IMG/VR virus record: IMGVR_UViG_3300016659_000222
Coordinates: 1 to 24,364 of that record
DNA length: 24,364 nucleotides
Source: a virus
Lineage: Duplodnaviria; Caudoviricetes
Strand: one strand, 5' to 3'
Positions within the stretch are counted from its first letter, which is position 1. Every line of letters begins with the position of its first letter. Shown piece by piece: positions 16,501 through 24,364 of the stretch. The translations under genes and the position numbers were made by a program. The notes under the pieces are model-generated. The model was not told the origin of the DNA. It searched no databases and was given only the letters and a program-made list of their open reading frames with translations.

Positions 16501-19500
16501 CGGCTTTATTTGCTCTTTCTGTAGGAATCGTGACGCTTGCGGCTTTAATTATAAAAAGTTCCCAACTGATATTGTCCGTTTTTGGTCTTGATGCTGCGAC
16601 CGCTGATAAAGTCGCAGAAAATATTGCACACCTATTCGGTGCAGTTGCAGTAATTTCTGCTGCGGTTCTTGCAACTACTGCGGCTCTTCTTGGTCTTGGT
16701 GTGCTGACAACATTTTTAGCAACATCGATAGTTGGTAGTTGGACAGCAATTCCTTTAATTTTAGCAGGTGCTGGAGCATTACTTGCCTTGTCTTTGGTAA
16801 TGCCTCTTTTTGCTGCTGCTGTTATTTCATTCGCAAGTGCTGGCAATGCTTTTTATACAGGTGACGAAGCAATCAAAGCCGCTGAGAATGTAGGCAAACT
16901 CTTACTGGCAGCAGGGGCAATAGCATTAGGAGTTTTAGGGGCGACCGCCGGATTGATTGGTCTTGGATTTCTTGTATACGGAGGTGTTGGTGAATTTGCT
17001 TGGCCTGCATTGCTTGGATTGATGGCATTAGGAGCAGTTGTTCTTCTTGCTTTGACTCCAGCAATTACTTTGTTAGCTGGTGCCGTAATTCAAATTGCGA
17101 ATGCATCTATGAGTGCCATGGGCACCGATCCAGAATATGCAGCTAAAGTCGCAGAAAATTTCGCATCAATAATGATTTCTGCTGGCAAAATTGCACTTGG
17201 AGTTTTGGCAGCGTCAGCAGCACTCGCTTATCTTGGATTTTTAATTTATAGCTATCCAGTTTATGCTGCCGCCATGGTAGGCGGCGCACTAGCTCTTTAT
17301 TTCTTAATCGATCCTATAACTCAGCTTGCATCTTCAATTATAGAATTAACAGGTCAAGTACTAGGCCAAATAGTAAGCGCAGAAGAAGCTGAAAAAACTG
17401 GCAAAGCAATTTCAAGCATTTTTAGTGCTGCTGGAATAATTGCATATGAAATTACCAAGTCTATGGTTAGTTTGGGAGCCTTGGGATTACTTTCTATTGG
17501 TACTATCGGGCTAATTCCCGGTTTGATGGCAGTTGGTGCATATGCTCTTGAAGAAATGAGTGCTCCGGTTGTCCATTATGTTGAAACAGTTATGAAAACA
17601 GCAGATCAAGTAAGAGGTGTTGTAAAAGGCGAAGACGCAGAAAAAATAGCAAAAGAAATAAAGTCTGTTTTTGAAATGGCAGCAGCCGTTACCAGTCTTA
17701 TGTCTTCACAACAAGGCGGTTTATTATCTGTTTCAAAATATGGAGACTGGTGGAATTATACTAAATCTTGGGTTGGTCTCGGTCAAACTATAAGTCAACA
17801 AATGGACTCTGCCAATGATGCTCTTCAATCAATGATCGATCCAGTTGTTACATACATTCAAAAAATAAAAGAATTTTCAGACGATGTTAGATCAAAATTG
17901 GGATCAAGTGACAAAGATGCAATTCAGTCTGCAAAATCAATAATTGGTGTTCTTACTGCTGCTGGCGATGTCACAACACAAATTATGAAGGCAAAAGATG
18001 CCTTGACCACATTGCAGTCAGGAGACTGGACATCTTGGCTAACCTTTGGATTTTCAGATGTGCCTTCTAGAATGGAGGCTGGCGCTCTTATGCTGCCCGA
18101 TCTTGGCAGTCCAATTGGATTGTATTTGCAAGCTATTGTGCAATTTACAAATAATGTAAAAAGAAATATTGGAGGAAAAAACCCAGAATATATTGCATCC
18201 ATTGCCAAAGGTATCACAAGTATTTTGCAAAGTGCTGGCGAAGTTACAGAAGCAATAATGAAAGCAAAAGATTCTTTGCTTAAAATAAAAAACAATGATT
18301 GGACAACATTCTTTGGTGGCGGCACCATTTCACAAAGAATGACAGATGGCAAAACAGCACTTGTTGAAATCGCAAAACCAATACCCGATTACATGAATGC
18401 GATTGTTCAGCTTTATACTGATGTAAGAGCAAAATTGAAGATTGGACCCGACGAAGTTTCGGCATACGCCAGAGGTCTAGTAATGATCTTTGATGCCACA
18501 AGTAAAATTACAGATAAGATCAATGAAATAAAGCCAATGATGATGAAGCTGGCAGCATCTAACAAGGTTGCTGGCGATAATCGTTCGTTCGTCCAGTCTA
18601 TTGACAAGGCGAAGATTTCTTTGATGCTAATCCGTGGAGCAATAACAAACTTTGTGAATTCATCCGTAAATTTTGCAAAAGATTTGATAGAAATTTTGCC
18701 GATGGGAGAATCCAGAAAAGTGGCTTCTCAAATTGAAGATATTTCAAAAATTATTTCTATCACGGCAAAAATGTTTAGTCAGATGAGATCAGAAGTTTTG
18801 CCTACTTTAGGCAAAGATACAAAAAACCTTAAAACTCAGGATATAGCTGCATCACAATCTAAAGTTCAGTCGTTTTTCCCGATTTTACTGACATTTATGA
18901 ACACAGTTCGCAGCAATATTACGCAAGCATCAAGTAATTTGTCTTCATATCAAGATTCTATCAAGCACATGAATCAAATAAATAATGTCATAAGCAGTTT
19001 GGGCAGCATAATTCAGGTTTTGTCTGGTGAAACATTTAAACAGAAAAATCTTAAAGATGTTGAGAATGCAATTTTAGTTTTGCATGGATATACTCAAGGA
19101 ACTAAAGAATACGCAGGTTTGATAATTACCTTGTCCAATTTTGTTGCGAACATTTTGGTGCCTCAGACAAAAAGTCTTGGAAAAGAAGAAGACATACTTG
19201 GTTCTGCTAGAAAATTGTATGCTGTATCAACATCTTTGAATGAACTGCTAAAGGTTATGACTTTAGTTCCCAAAGTAATAAGTCAAGTAGCAGGACTTTC
19301 AATTGATACACTTGACTTTTATTTTGAAAAAATCGGGACAGTTCTTGAGAAAACAGGTAAATTCGTAAAAGAAATTTTAATTTACAAGATCAATGATTTG
19401 CCAGAGAAGGGCAAACTTACAAATACTAAATTTATGCTTGAGGATTTAAGCGATGTACTGGGATCAACTTTAAGAGCAGTAATACAGCTAAATAGTATTT

Positions 19501-22151
19501 TTGCCGAGATGAAAAAGGATAAAGATGCTTGGGATGATACTGACGAAACATCCTTGAAGAAAAAACAAAAAGATTTTAAAGCACGATTTGAATCAATTTC
19601 TGAAATGATTCTCGATGGTATCGTAACTCCCGTATTATCTTCTTTTGGCAAGGATGCTATTAGGTTATCACAGGCTTCAAGCATAATACATAATCTATCT
19701 ACTGTAGCCTCTAAGGTTCCAGATTTATTAAAGAATTTGGCCAAAGCCATAACGACCTTAACTAAGGCTGGCGGTATTGAAGATGTCAAAAATGCTCAAG
19801 GCGAAGGTGATGTGGCAGACTTGGCTACATTATTAAAAGAAAAAGGAGCCATATTTAGGGAAGCCTTTCCAGAAATCATTAAATTCATAGATGAAGTTAT
19901 ACTGAGTAGTATAGTTAAAAATCTTACAAAGTACGATATGAATTCAATAACGACATCGGCAAATGGATTGATGAATGTTATTACAGCAACAAGTTCTATA
20001 TTGGTTGGTTTAGGAAATGTAATGAACTTGATGAGCAGTGAAGCAGGAGAAGTGGAATTAGATTGGGATAAGTTTGAAATAAAGCAAAAGGGTGATCCAT
20101 CAAAGGTAGTAGATAAGATTTTAATGTTCAAAGATTTATTTGCAACAAGTTTCAAAAATATTTTGAATTTTATTTCAAATGATATAATAGAAGTTTATAA
20201 AACAACTAATATAAATCCTAAAGATGTTCAACTTGTTACGAGTAACATGAGAAGTTTGAAGGGTTTATTCGAAGAATTGCCAAAATTTTTCAATGCTATA
20301 GCCATGTTAAACCCAACGCAAAAACCAGATTTCAATGGCGCAGGAAATATTGAAAATTATTTTGAAAATTTAGGTCAATTGCAAGAAAGATTAAATAAAA
20401 CTTTTGTTAAATATGAAATTTCAGACAAAGATGCTGATAATCCATGGGCGAAACCAACTAAAACAAATTTATTGGAATCTTTGATTTCTTTCCTCAAGAC
20501 AACTATAATTGAACCTTTAAATAAATTACCCAAAGCCTCGGATATGGATGGCAAAATAAAAGAACTCAAAACATTTGGCAATTTACTTGATAATTTAAGC
20601 ACATTTATTTTCAGCAAATTAAGTCCTTTGTTAATTCGCACAACAAAAATGGATACAGCCATAGTGTCACAACTGGGCGAAAATAAGGATTTGTTTATAT
20701 CATATTTTTCAGCAGTTGCTGATATACTTAATTTCGGTCTGATGGACATGATTGAAAAACTGCCGGGAGCAGCAGAAGTTTCAAGAGTACAAGAAGTTCT
20801 CCCTTATTCTATTGCAATTATGGATGAAATCCAACCGTTTTTTGATCGGTTGTCAAAATTCGTTAAGTCAACAACTGATGCTTCCTTGACAACGATAGCA
20901 CAAAACAGAGATAAAATATATAATATTTATGAAGGAATATCTCTTTTGATGTGGAATGGAATCTATTGGTATCATGCAAATAATTTGCCTAATTCCGCAT
21001 CACATGCAACAAGCGTACAGAAAGCTGCTCAAGCATCAATTGAAATTATGGATGCATTGATCCCAATGTATAAAAAATTAAAAGAATTTGAGAATTCAAC
21101 ATTTACACAAGAACTTGTTTATATTTCTCAAAATAAAGATGCCATGTGTGATCTTTATAAAGGATTAACATTATTTATATGGAATGGCATTTATATCCCC
21201 GTTAATCACAATCTTCCAAATTCGGCAGATTTAGCTGATGCAAGAGAAAAAATAAACGCTTCATCAGAAATGATAGGATTGATGGCATCTATGATTCAAA
21301 ATCTAAAGCAAATGACATCAATAAATCTAGCTTCAATAGATTTTAATGCCATAAAAAATAATTTGTCTGATATAAGTAAAAATCTAAGTTCATTGAATTT
21401 GAGTATTTTTGGCAATATTATGCCTGTGAATCAAAGTGAAATTGATAAATTTCAAGTCGTGATTGATTCTTATGATAAATTTTACGACTTACTGAACAAC
21501 CTTGAAACAACTATGTTGAGTATTGCTCGTAAATTAGAATCTATTTCACAAATTAGAATAGATAAAAATTTAATCCCACAACTAGCACCGAAGACACCAG
21601 CACCGGTGGTTCCAGCTACGAATAATGTTGTTGATGAAATTATCAAGGGTTGGAATTCACAAATTGGCAATTTTGAAGCAACAATATTCAAGACGGGTGA
21701 AATTTTATACAAAGCCGAGGACGGAAACACCTATAAAGCAGATAAAAATGTCGTAGGTCAAAGAATGTATGAAAAAGTTGATGCTCAAACTGTTCCTATG
21801 GCATCTCCTGTTTCTGCAAACATCAATGACATAGAAAGCAAATTGATGGCTCAAAAAGCAGGAACTAGCATTCCAATTAACGAAATAAAATCTGAAGAAT
21901 TGTCCACAATTGCTGATGAGAATGCGGGGCAAAATGAAAAATTAGCCACTCTGATAGATTTGTTCCAAAAGGTTGTCACATTTATGACACCAAGCAGTCA
22001 AGCTAATTCAGGAATGTCAGGATTTGACAAGGCCATGACTATGCCTAATACAAGGGATTTACCTCCGCCAAGATACGCAAGAGAAACCAGAGGTTTACCA
22101 GATATGATGCCCGGAAAAGCCGTGGTTAACAAAGGTCAGAATAGCAATTAA
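13512..22151 (+). CDS. Tail tape measure protein (2879 aa)
   Basis: Very long helical protein with an N-terminal TMP-like region (ARTTGLTGEAL), an Ala/Gly/Leu-rich hydrophobic centre and internal repeats; directly upstream of baseplate genes. Confidence 0.85.
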   Translation: MAEGTNTEDILGRDLSSLVTSIDALKSILSQTKTSIEQNLGGSTPDAAGLKDILKQVIKGFSDAAGEQEQFVKKVIASLKGVDLARVQKQADSKLNKPRMKEEIRFNRKLEKIQEKIQRKGRQDFIDITEALVRDTAKRLGKSWEHTLEYLEKMDDQGIQKLQAEFDALDPEKVKYILENTEDLVSGLSQARNENEELNKAMQEYYSALNNARYQLYDINKIFQNIEGFVGLETSKTLFTDLYETERKFTQEMRQIAFETAGVTKESFGLQRAFENIGATVKATGFDRTKFQESYRKALKSGVKDLKQAVTLTSTQLNTEKQLGLEAGSLQENFQQMVQSGRMSNNQIADMGRGMRQVARTTGLTGEALKGVIDSSMQFVDQMRKAATLSSAASKNIIELGANAKKLGVEEEMNKLRTGLSSSTSLLTEAAGETQTLIFLAASRVGRVQDALNGTLLRSKEGIKDFAQGMKSILQGFGVDSLEAIDQMGDEAKRVLNLQLKATVGMELGAFRSIIESYEEAGKSLGERLDTINKKMEGNLTISEKNALVEEQRALKTAKQLEVLTVLDEAAKGAKNMDQALAKFGERRKEFEGDLKGLGLDFQNDADVIRGSLQGAVKDINAGLKKAGKSELKIDSSEIDKAIKDPAAFRELTSKIVEGEKELATAQKAQLDPLTQTNQTLTEINDSIRNLSQSVISNLLTGVVGQFIMLAGVIAGLGSFLTGTIVNSFFELNRMIDKVFFGVSEYGGKTNSLLKNIEIILGGRPAEDKKNQTPAPTTTPEPPTTTNPTGTEQAKPAKKGALGGMGDMFSGAEGKDLAKAAAAILALSVGIVALGSAIVFLADKVMASFDLDVNKVMQTAQLVGAIAMAGGAIAAAGVLAFEAMNSDSAQSFLNGFNASSIKQFLMFSGALLILGPAVVGLGASIVAITNMILSGLKVDVNRVLEVAGVVTALGAAATGMIFAVMEFAGFIDENQSQFDNLVQNAGKYLYYMAVGGAALFALSVGIVTLAALIIKSSQLILSVFGLDAATADKVAENIAHLFGAVAVISAAVLATTAALLGLGVLTTFLATSIVGSWTAIPLILAGAGALLALSLVMPLFAAAVISFASAGNAFYTGDEAIKAAENVGKLLLAAGAIALGVLGATAGLIGLGFLVYGGVGEFAWPALLGLMALGAVVLLALTPAITLLAGAVIQIANASMSAMGTDPEYAAKVAENFASIMISAGKIALGVLAASAALAYLGFLIYSYPVYAAAMVGGALALYFLIDPITQLASSIIELTGQVLGQIVSAEEAEKTGKAISSIFSAAGIIAYEITKSMVSLGALGLLSIGTIGLIPGLMAVGAYALEEMSAPVVHYVETVMKTADQVRGVVKGEDAEKIAKEIKSVFEMAAAVTSLMSSQQGGLLSVSKYGDWWNYTKSWVGLGQTISQQMDSANDALQSMIDPVVTYIQKIKEFSDDVRSKLGSSDKDAIQSAKSIIGVLTAAGDVTTQIMKAKDALTTLQSGDWTSWLTFGFSDVPSRMEAGALMLPDLGSPIGLYLQAIVQFTNNVKRNIGGKNPEYIASIAKGITSILQSAGEVTEAIMKAKDSLLKIKNNDWTTFFGGGTISQRMTDGKTALVEIAKPIPDYMNAIVQLYTDVRAKLKIGPDEVSAYARGLVMIFDATSKITDKINEIKPMMMKLAASNKVAGDNRSFVQSIDKAKISLMLIRGAITNFVNSSVNFAKDLIEILPMGESRKVASQIEDISKIISITAKMFSQMRSEVLPTLGKDTKNLKTQDIAASQSKVQSFFPILLTFMNTVRSNITQASSNLSSYQDSIKHMNQINNVISSLGSIIQVLSGETFKQKNLKDVENAILVLHGYTQGTKEYAGLIITLSNFVANILVPQTKSLGKEEDILGSARKLYAVSTSLNELLKVMTLVPKVISQVAGLSIDTLDFYFEKIGTVLEKTGKFVKEILIYKINDLPEKGKLTNTKFMLEDLSDVLGSTLRAVIQLNSIFAEMKKDKDAWDDTDETSLKKKQKDFKARFESISEMILDGIVTPVLSSFGKDAIRLSQASSIIHNLSTVASKVPDLLKNLAKAITTLTKAGGIEDVKNAQGEGDVADLATLLKEKGAIFREAFPEIIKFIDEVILSSIVKNLTKYDMNSITTSANGLMNVITATSSILVGLGNVMNLMSSEAGEVELDWDKFEIKQKGDPSKVVDKILMFKDLFATSFKNILNFISNDIIEVYKTTNINPKDVQLVTSNMRSLKGLFEELPKFFNAIAMLNPTQKPDFNGAGNIENYFENLGQLQERLNKTFVKYEISDKDADNPWAKPTKTNLLESLISFLKTTIIEPLNKLPKASDMDGKIKELKTFGNLLDNLSTFIFSKLSPLLIRTTKMDTAIVSQLGENKDLFISYFSAVADILNFGLMDMIEKLPGAAEVSRVQEVLPYSIAIMDEIQPFFDRLSKFVKSTTDASLTTIAQNRDKIYNIYEGISLLMWNGIYWYHANNLPNSASHATSVQKAAQASIEIMDALIPMYKKLKEFENSTFTQELVYISQNKDAMCDLYKGLTLFIWNGIYIPVNHNLPNSADLADAREKINASSEMIGLMASMIQNLKQMTSINLASIDFNAIKNNLSDISKNLSSLNLSIFGNIMPVNQSEIDKFQVVIDSYDKFYDLLNNLETTMLSIARKLESISQIRIDKNLIPQLAPKTPAPVVPATNNVVDEIIKGWNSQIGNFEATIFKTGEILYKAEDGNTYKADKNVVGQRMYEKVDAQTVPMASPVSANINDIESKLMAQKAGTSIPINEIKSEELSTIADENAGQNEKLATLIDLFQKVVTFMTPSSQANSGMSGFDKAMTMPNTRDLPPPRYARETRGLPDMMPGKAVVNKGQNSN
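15960..21300 (+). repeat. Degenerate ~75-92-aa protein repeats within the tape measure
   Basis: Equivalent helices recur near 16236, 16497, 16773, 17031, 17280, 17535, 17811, 18081, 18348, 18609. QNxD-WNGIY-NLPNSA recurs at 20901 and 21129 (228 nt apart). Confidence 0.65.
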
Positions 22152-22159
22152 GGAGACAT

Positions 22160-22732
22160 ATGAAGGCTACATTAGAAGGTGGTTTGCTGCGTCCAATTCA
22201 GAATTGTGCAATTAAATTTGGCACCTATGGGACAATTATTTCAAGAATTTTGCCGGACATATCTGATCAAAAAAGTGCAACTTATGCCGAGGAAACCGGC
22301 ATGGGTCGTGCCATGCCATTTAAGTCGTATCAACATTCAGATAATAGAACGATTGGCTGGACTGCTCATTATATCGTTACACAAAAATCTGACATTTTAA
22401 TTTTTTTGAATGAAATCAGAATTATTCAAAGTGCTGTATATCCAAGACCTTCTGGATCAACTAGTGCTTTAAGTCCACCTTATTTTCCACCTGTAATTTG
22501 CGAACTAAGTTGTGGTTTCTTGCTTAACAATTATCAAGATAATTTGAACGAAACGACTAGTTCAAATTTAGTTTATGCTGTTATGAAAAGTTATAACATC
22601 AAATATGATACATCTGTTCCTTGGGATGAGGAAACTATGTTGCCATATAAATTTGACATTGATATGCAATTTGAAGTTGTTTATGACCAATCAGATTTGC
22701 CAAATTCTGATATGATAATAAATGCGTCTTAA
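22160..22732 (+). CDS. Baseplate / tail-tube initiator-like protein
   Basis: AGGAG RBS; ISDQKSATY-GRAMPF-Y-RTI, VYP, PPV and SYNIKYD-PW pattern of tube-fold proteins that follow the TMP in contractile tails. Confidence 0.6.
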   Translation: MKATLEGGLLRPIQNCAIKFGTYGTIISRILPDISDQKSATYAEETGMGRAMPFKSYQHSDNRTIGWTAHYIVTQKSDILIFLNEIRIIQSAVYPRPSGSTSALSPPYFPPVICELSCGFLLNNYQDNLNETTSSNLVYAVMKSYNIKYDTSVPWDEETMLPYKFDIDMQFEVVYDQSDLPNSDMIINAS

Positions 22733-22752
22733 ATAAATGAAAGAATAATATT

Positions 22753-23079
22753 ATGGCTAATTTTACTGAAGCAACACAAATTTCGCCTACAAGATTCGTT
22801 CCGGTTTCAAGCAGGTACGCAACATCGTCTGTGGTTTATTACACGGAAAATAAATTACTCACATTTAAAATTTATAAAAAAACTCCTGCTACCATTGGTC
22901 CTCAAGACAAATACTATGTAGTAAGTGCCGGACATCAATACAGACCCGACTTGGTATCTAATCTTGTATATGGCACTCCTGATTTTTGGTGGAGAATAAT
23001 GGAAGCAAATAACATTAAAGATATTTTTGACTTTAAAGCTGGTCTGAATTTAAGAATACCGGAAGCTTTATTAGGATAA
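22753..23079 (+). CDS. Baseplate wedge protein, LysM-like (T4 gp53 / tail X-like)
   Basis: SRY-RPDLVSNLVYGTPDFWWRIMEANNI-GLNLRIP; TAAATA at 22730-22735 upstream. Confidence 0.8.
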   Translation: MANFTEATQISPTRFVPVSSRYATSSVVYYTENKLLTFKIYKKTPATIGPQDKYYVVSAGHQYRPDLVSNLVYGTPDFWWRIMEANNIKDIFDFKAGLNLRIPEALLG

Positions 23080-23086
23080 AAAAATT

Positions 23087-24364
23087 ATGGCATGTGAAAA
23101 TTTAGTTTGTGCTCAAGGCATAGGAAATACGGGAACAAGTTCAGTAAATGGCGTTGCTGCTCCACGAATTGTTCAGAGGCCTGTTCCCGGTTACATTTAT
23201 ACCCCATATGTAAAACTTTCATTTTCTGATGGTCAATATATAACAGTAGGAAATAAATCGCAGCCAGCAGGATCAATTCAAGCTATCAATTCGTATAGAC
23301 AATCTCAAGGTCTAACGGCATTAAGAAGCGCATTCAACTCTGCCGTAATAAGCAATTTTGAATATGGATTCGAAGCAAATAACAGCGGTTTCAACTGTTC
23401 AATCGAAATATTAGATGCAGGAGGAGCAAGTTATTTGCAAATTTTAAAATATGTAAACAAAACTTACACACAAGGAAAAGATGATACAAAAAAAATATGG
23501 TTTGATTTTGGCTGGATAATTCAAAAAGAAAGCGGCGATGCGGAATTAAGAAGTTGTTACACTTTGTTCAGAAAAGTATTACATGGTCTTCCTCAAAAAG
23601 TAGATTTAAATTTTGAAGGTGGAAATGTAAAAATTAAATTAGACATCAAAGCGCCTTTCGCAGTAAATGCTGTACAAGATAAAATTTGGGGTAGTGCTGA
23701 CAATAAAATAAATTTAAAAGACGCATTGACTAAATTATTTAAAGAAGTACCAGTCGAAGTAGATCAAGTAGAATTTCAAGGTGCTGATGGCGGTGAATGG
23801 AATTTTCCTGCTTCTCAAGGTGGTGACTTTGGTCCCGCAGGCATTTGGAGAATGAATCAACAGGACAAACTCAATACAGCTAGATCGTGGTTGTCATCAT
23901 ATTATTCTCAGGCAAAAAAAAGTTTTACTTTTATTTACGATGGATTTTCAGGAGTAGATAATCCAATTTTGAAGTTGATAATTAAAGAAGACCCTACTGA
24001 CAATAACAAAGGAAATGATTGTTGCGGTCAAAGCATTGCTACTTTTATAGTGAACGGCGGAAATGATAGTCCAGTAATTAGTTTTACCCCGCAGATAAAT
24101 TGGATTTTTGGCGATAAAGCTACGGGTGCCGCAACTGGCGGTGCAAGTAGTGGTCAAGGAGCAGAACCAATTAAAGGAGAAAAAAAAGAGCAACATGCTG
24201 GCAGTATGACTGCTGTATCTGTGCAGGAAAACTTGTGGGATCACGCACCTCCAGACTTGCACATTCAACAAGTTGAACAAGGAAATAAAAAAACAGACAA
24301 AATTGCAAGGTCTCTTGGAATTGGTAGGGCAAGTCCATTTGAAGCGGAACTCAAAATATTTGGT
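23087..24364 (+). CDS. Putative baseplate hub protein, truncated by the window end (not in ORF track)
   Basis: Open from ATG 23087 (MACENLVC...) through 426 codons to the edge. Beta-rich with IEILDAGG, FDFGW and FEAELKIFG; follows the LysM wedge gene as hub genes usually do. Confidence 0.6.
   Translation, partial: MACENLVCAQGIGNTGTSSVNGVAAPRIVQRPVPGYIYTPYVKLSFSDGQYITVGNKSQPAGSIQAINSYRQSQGLTALRSAFNSAVISNFEYGFEANNSGFNCSIEILDAGGASYLQILKYVNKTYTQGKDDTKKIWFDFGWIIQKESGDAELRSCYTLFRKVLHGLPQKVDLNFEGGNVKIKLDIKAPFAVNAVQDKIWGSADNKINLKDALTKLFKEVPVEVDQVEFQGADGGEWNFPASQGGDFGPAGIWRMNQQDKLNTARSWLSSYYSQAKKSFTFIYDGFSGVDNPILKLIIKEDPTDNNKGNDCCGQSIATFIVNGGNDSPVISFTPQINWIFGDKATGAATGGASSGQGAEPIKGEKKEQHAGSMTAVSVQENLWDHAPPDLHIQQVEQGNKKTDKIARSLGIGRASPFEAELKIFG

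Noticed and set aside
14032-21932. Many antisense ORFs inside the tape measure gene
   Set aside because: Shadow frames expected from codon bias in a long CDS; no recognisable motifs.
23085-24280. Minus-strand ORFs 23085-23276 and 23948-24280
   Set aside because: Antisense to the long + strand ORF starting at 23087, which the track omits because it has no stop in the window.
1-24364. Stop-codon reassignment, as in some large phages
   Set aside because: Genes are full length and tightly packed in code 11; TAA, TAG and TGA all end genes.
1-24364. tRNA, CRISPR array or large ncRNA
   Set aside because: Intergenic gaps are mostly under 100 nt, and I saw no cloverleaf or spaced direct repeats by eye. 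tRNAscan/Infernal were not run.

Overview
A gene-dense, AT-rich segment of a large (probably jumbo) myovirus-like phage genome in the standard genetic code. The left ~10 kb is a strand-switching accessory region: flavodoxin, WbqC-like protein, a minimal DegT-type aminotransferase, two membrane-anchored proteases, two glycosyltransferase-like proteins, HNH nuclease, ClpP, AdoMet decarboxylase, a degenerate LAGLIDADG domain fused to an HExxH protease, and a CCA/poly(A)-polymerase-family nucleotidyltransferase with altered catalytic and templating motifs. The right ~14 kb is a + strand virion module: possible small terminase, putative head proteins, Pmp3/YqaE proteolipid, gp2-like DNA end protector, a 2879-aa repeat-built tape measure and baseplate genes, the last one cut by the window edge. 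The best novelty candidates are the rewired and possibly virion-packaged nucleotidyltransferase, the nuclease-dead LAGLIDADG/SprT-like fusion and a possible protein-glycosylation toolkit. All family calls come from recognising motifs by eye; no searches were run.
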